A DNA stretch of 24,000 nucleotides from Planctomycetaceae bacterium (GTDB lineage: Bacteria; Planctomycetota; Phycisphaerae; UBA1845; UTPLA1), in assembly GCA_011525745.1 (NCBI GenBank), contig WYBU01000034.1:1-24000 (forward strand), in the 5' to 3' direction. The position numbers and the translations under genes are program-made. Positions within the stretch are counted from its first letter, which is position 1. Each line of letters starts with the position of its first letter. The notes beneath the pieces were generated by a model that was not told the origin of the DNA, made no database searches, and saw nothing but the letters and a program-made list of their open reading frames with translations. Positions 22,964 to 24,000 of this stretch are shown here, piece by piece.

Positions 22964-24000
22964 CTACGCGTTCATATCCGCCCAGCGCTTGGCCATCTGG
23001 CCGAAGATGCCGAGGGCGATGGCCGAGATGACGCCGACGGCGGCGAAGGGGAACCATGTGAAATATTGCGGATAATACTTATCCCATAAAAGCGTCGTCG
23101 CGGCGATGGCGGCCCCGTTCATCTCACCCGCCAGCGTGGCGCGAGTCTCAAACGCGCCCAGACCCAGCAGCCGCGCGGCGTGGGCGGGCGAGTTGGCCCA
23201 GTTCTTCTTCTCGAGGGCGTCCTGTATCACGTTGAGCTTGCCGGCCAGCGCGGTCCAGTCGATCGGATCTCCCGGCAGCGCCTCGCGGACGACGGCCAGC
23301 GCGGCCGGGTCGGATTCGATCATCTCGCGCAGCAATGGTACGTCGGCCGGCCAGTTCTTGCGGGCCACGGCCAGGAAGCGCTGATGGTCGTACGCGATCA
23401 GCGCAGCGTAGGCGCGGTCCATGGCGGGCAGTTGGCGCAACGACTCCTGGTCGAGCCGTTGGGCCAGCTCGGTTTCGGTGGCGCCCATTGCTCGCGACAG
23501 CGCGGCGAACGCTTTCGTGCGCGTTATGCCCAGCTTCGACTGGATGTCCGCCGCGCCTTCGGGAAACGTCGTCGCGGCGACGGCGCGTTCGAGCCGAGCG
23601 GTTCCTTGCGCCAGGTATTCCAACGCCAGGTTCGACAGCACGTCGGCATCCGCACCGTATCGCTCCCACAGCATGGCGACGATGGCGTCGTCGGGCATCG
23701 CCGATACGGGCGGCTTGTCCTTGTTCAAGTGGAACCGCAACAGTTCAAACGCCGCCGCCCGAGACGTGCCCAGCGCCTTGGGCAGTTCAATGACCCGACT
23801 CGCCAGGCCGGCAGTGCGCCTCGTGGCGGCGTCCGGCTCGGCCACTGGGGGCAGGCGTTCCATTGCCGTCGTTTTCAGATCGGTCTCGGTCGCCAGGTAT
23901 TGCAGGGCGAGATTGGTGATCTGCCCCGAGTCGTAGCGGAAAGCGTTGCGCAGCGCCGCCTCGGCCGCGGCGCGGTCCACGCCCAGTTCTTCGACCGCCG
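22964..24000 (-). CDS. Tail-anchored repeat protein of unknown function (5' end outside the window)
   Basis: The frame stays open to nt 24000 (…AVEELG upstream of the GTG at 23980). At least four LGxxRxxAxxxL-type modules: ELGVDRAAAEAAL, ALGTSRAAAFELL, KLGITRTKAFAAL, LLGLGAFETRATL. NLALQYLA/NLALEYLA is repeated. A single C-terminal TM (FTWFPFAAVGVISAIALGIFG). Confidence 0.6.
   Translation of the reverse strand, partial: AVEELGVDRAAAEAALRNAFRYDSGQITNLALQYLATETDLKTTAMERLPPVAEPDAATRRTAGLASRVIELPKALGTSRAAAFELLRFHLNKDKPPVSAMPDDAIVAMLWERYGADADVLSNLALEYLAQGTARLERAVAATTFPEGAADIQSKLGITRTKAFAALSRAMGATETELAQRLDQESLRQLPAMDRAYAALIAYDHQRFLAVARKNWPADVPLLREMIESDPAALAVVREALPGDPIDWTALAGKLNVIQDALEKKNWANSPAHAARLLGLGAFETRATLAGEMNGAAIAATTLLWDKYYPQYFTWFPFAAVGVISAIALGIFGQMAKRWADMNA

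Overview
High-GC bacterial chromosomal segment, roughly 65-68% GC by eye. GC drops to about 50% in the first ~250 nt by direct count. I support 18 protein genes, 16 of them on the minus strand. They are separated by unusually long spacers (200-700 nt) that carry several families of short dispersed repeats. Content from left to right: a stand-alone HNH endonuclease in a low-GC islet; dnaK; a 643-aa secreted protein; the start of a dcw division cluster (mraZ-rsmH-[LysM protein]-ftsL-ftsI) that stops after ftsI; a GT4 glycosyltransferase coupled to a Wzz/GumC-like chain-length (PCP) protein; an aldo/keto reductase; a lipoprotein; clpP; an inositol-monophosphatase-family gene; a DUF983-like zinc-ribbon membrane protein; a 154-aa S/T/A-rich ORF; a Memo-like protein with an N-terminal PqqD/RRE-like domain; and a tail-anchored repeat protein truncated by the window edge. 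I recognised no rRNA, tRNA, CRISPR array, transposase or integrase. The gene style would fit a Planctomycetota-like organism, but that is inference only. The observations most worth follow-up are: (1) the RRE-like::Memo-like fusion with no AMMECR1 or radical-SAM partner in the window; (2) a bitopic double-LysM protein inserted between rsmH and ftsL; (3) a ClpP whose catalytic Asp position is Asn; (4) facing ~90-nt repeats that bracket ftsL-ftsI, plus other repeat families; (5) a sigma-54-type box upstream of dnaK and a GTAAC-rich motif shared by two upstream regions. All homology calls rest on motifs I recognise by eye. No database search was possible.
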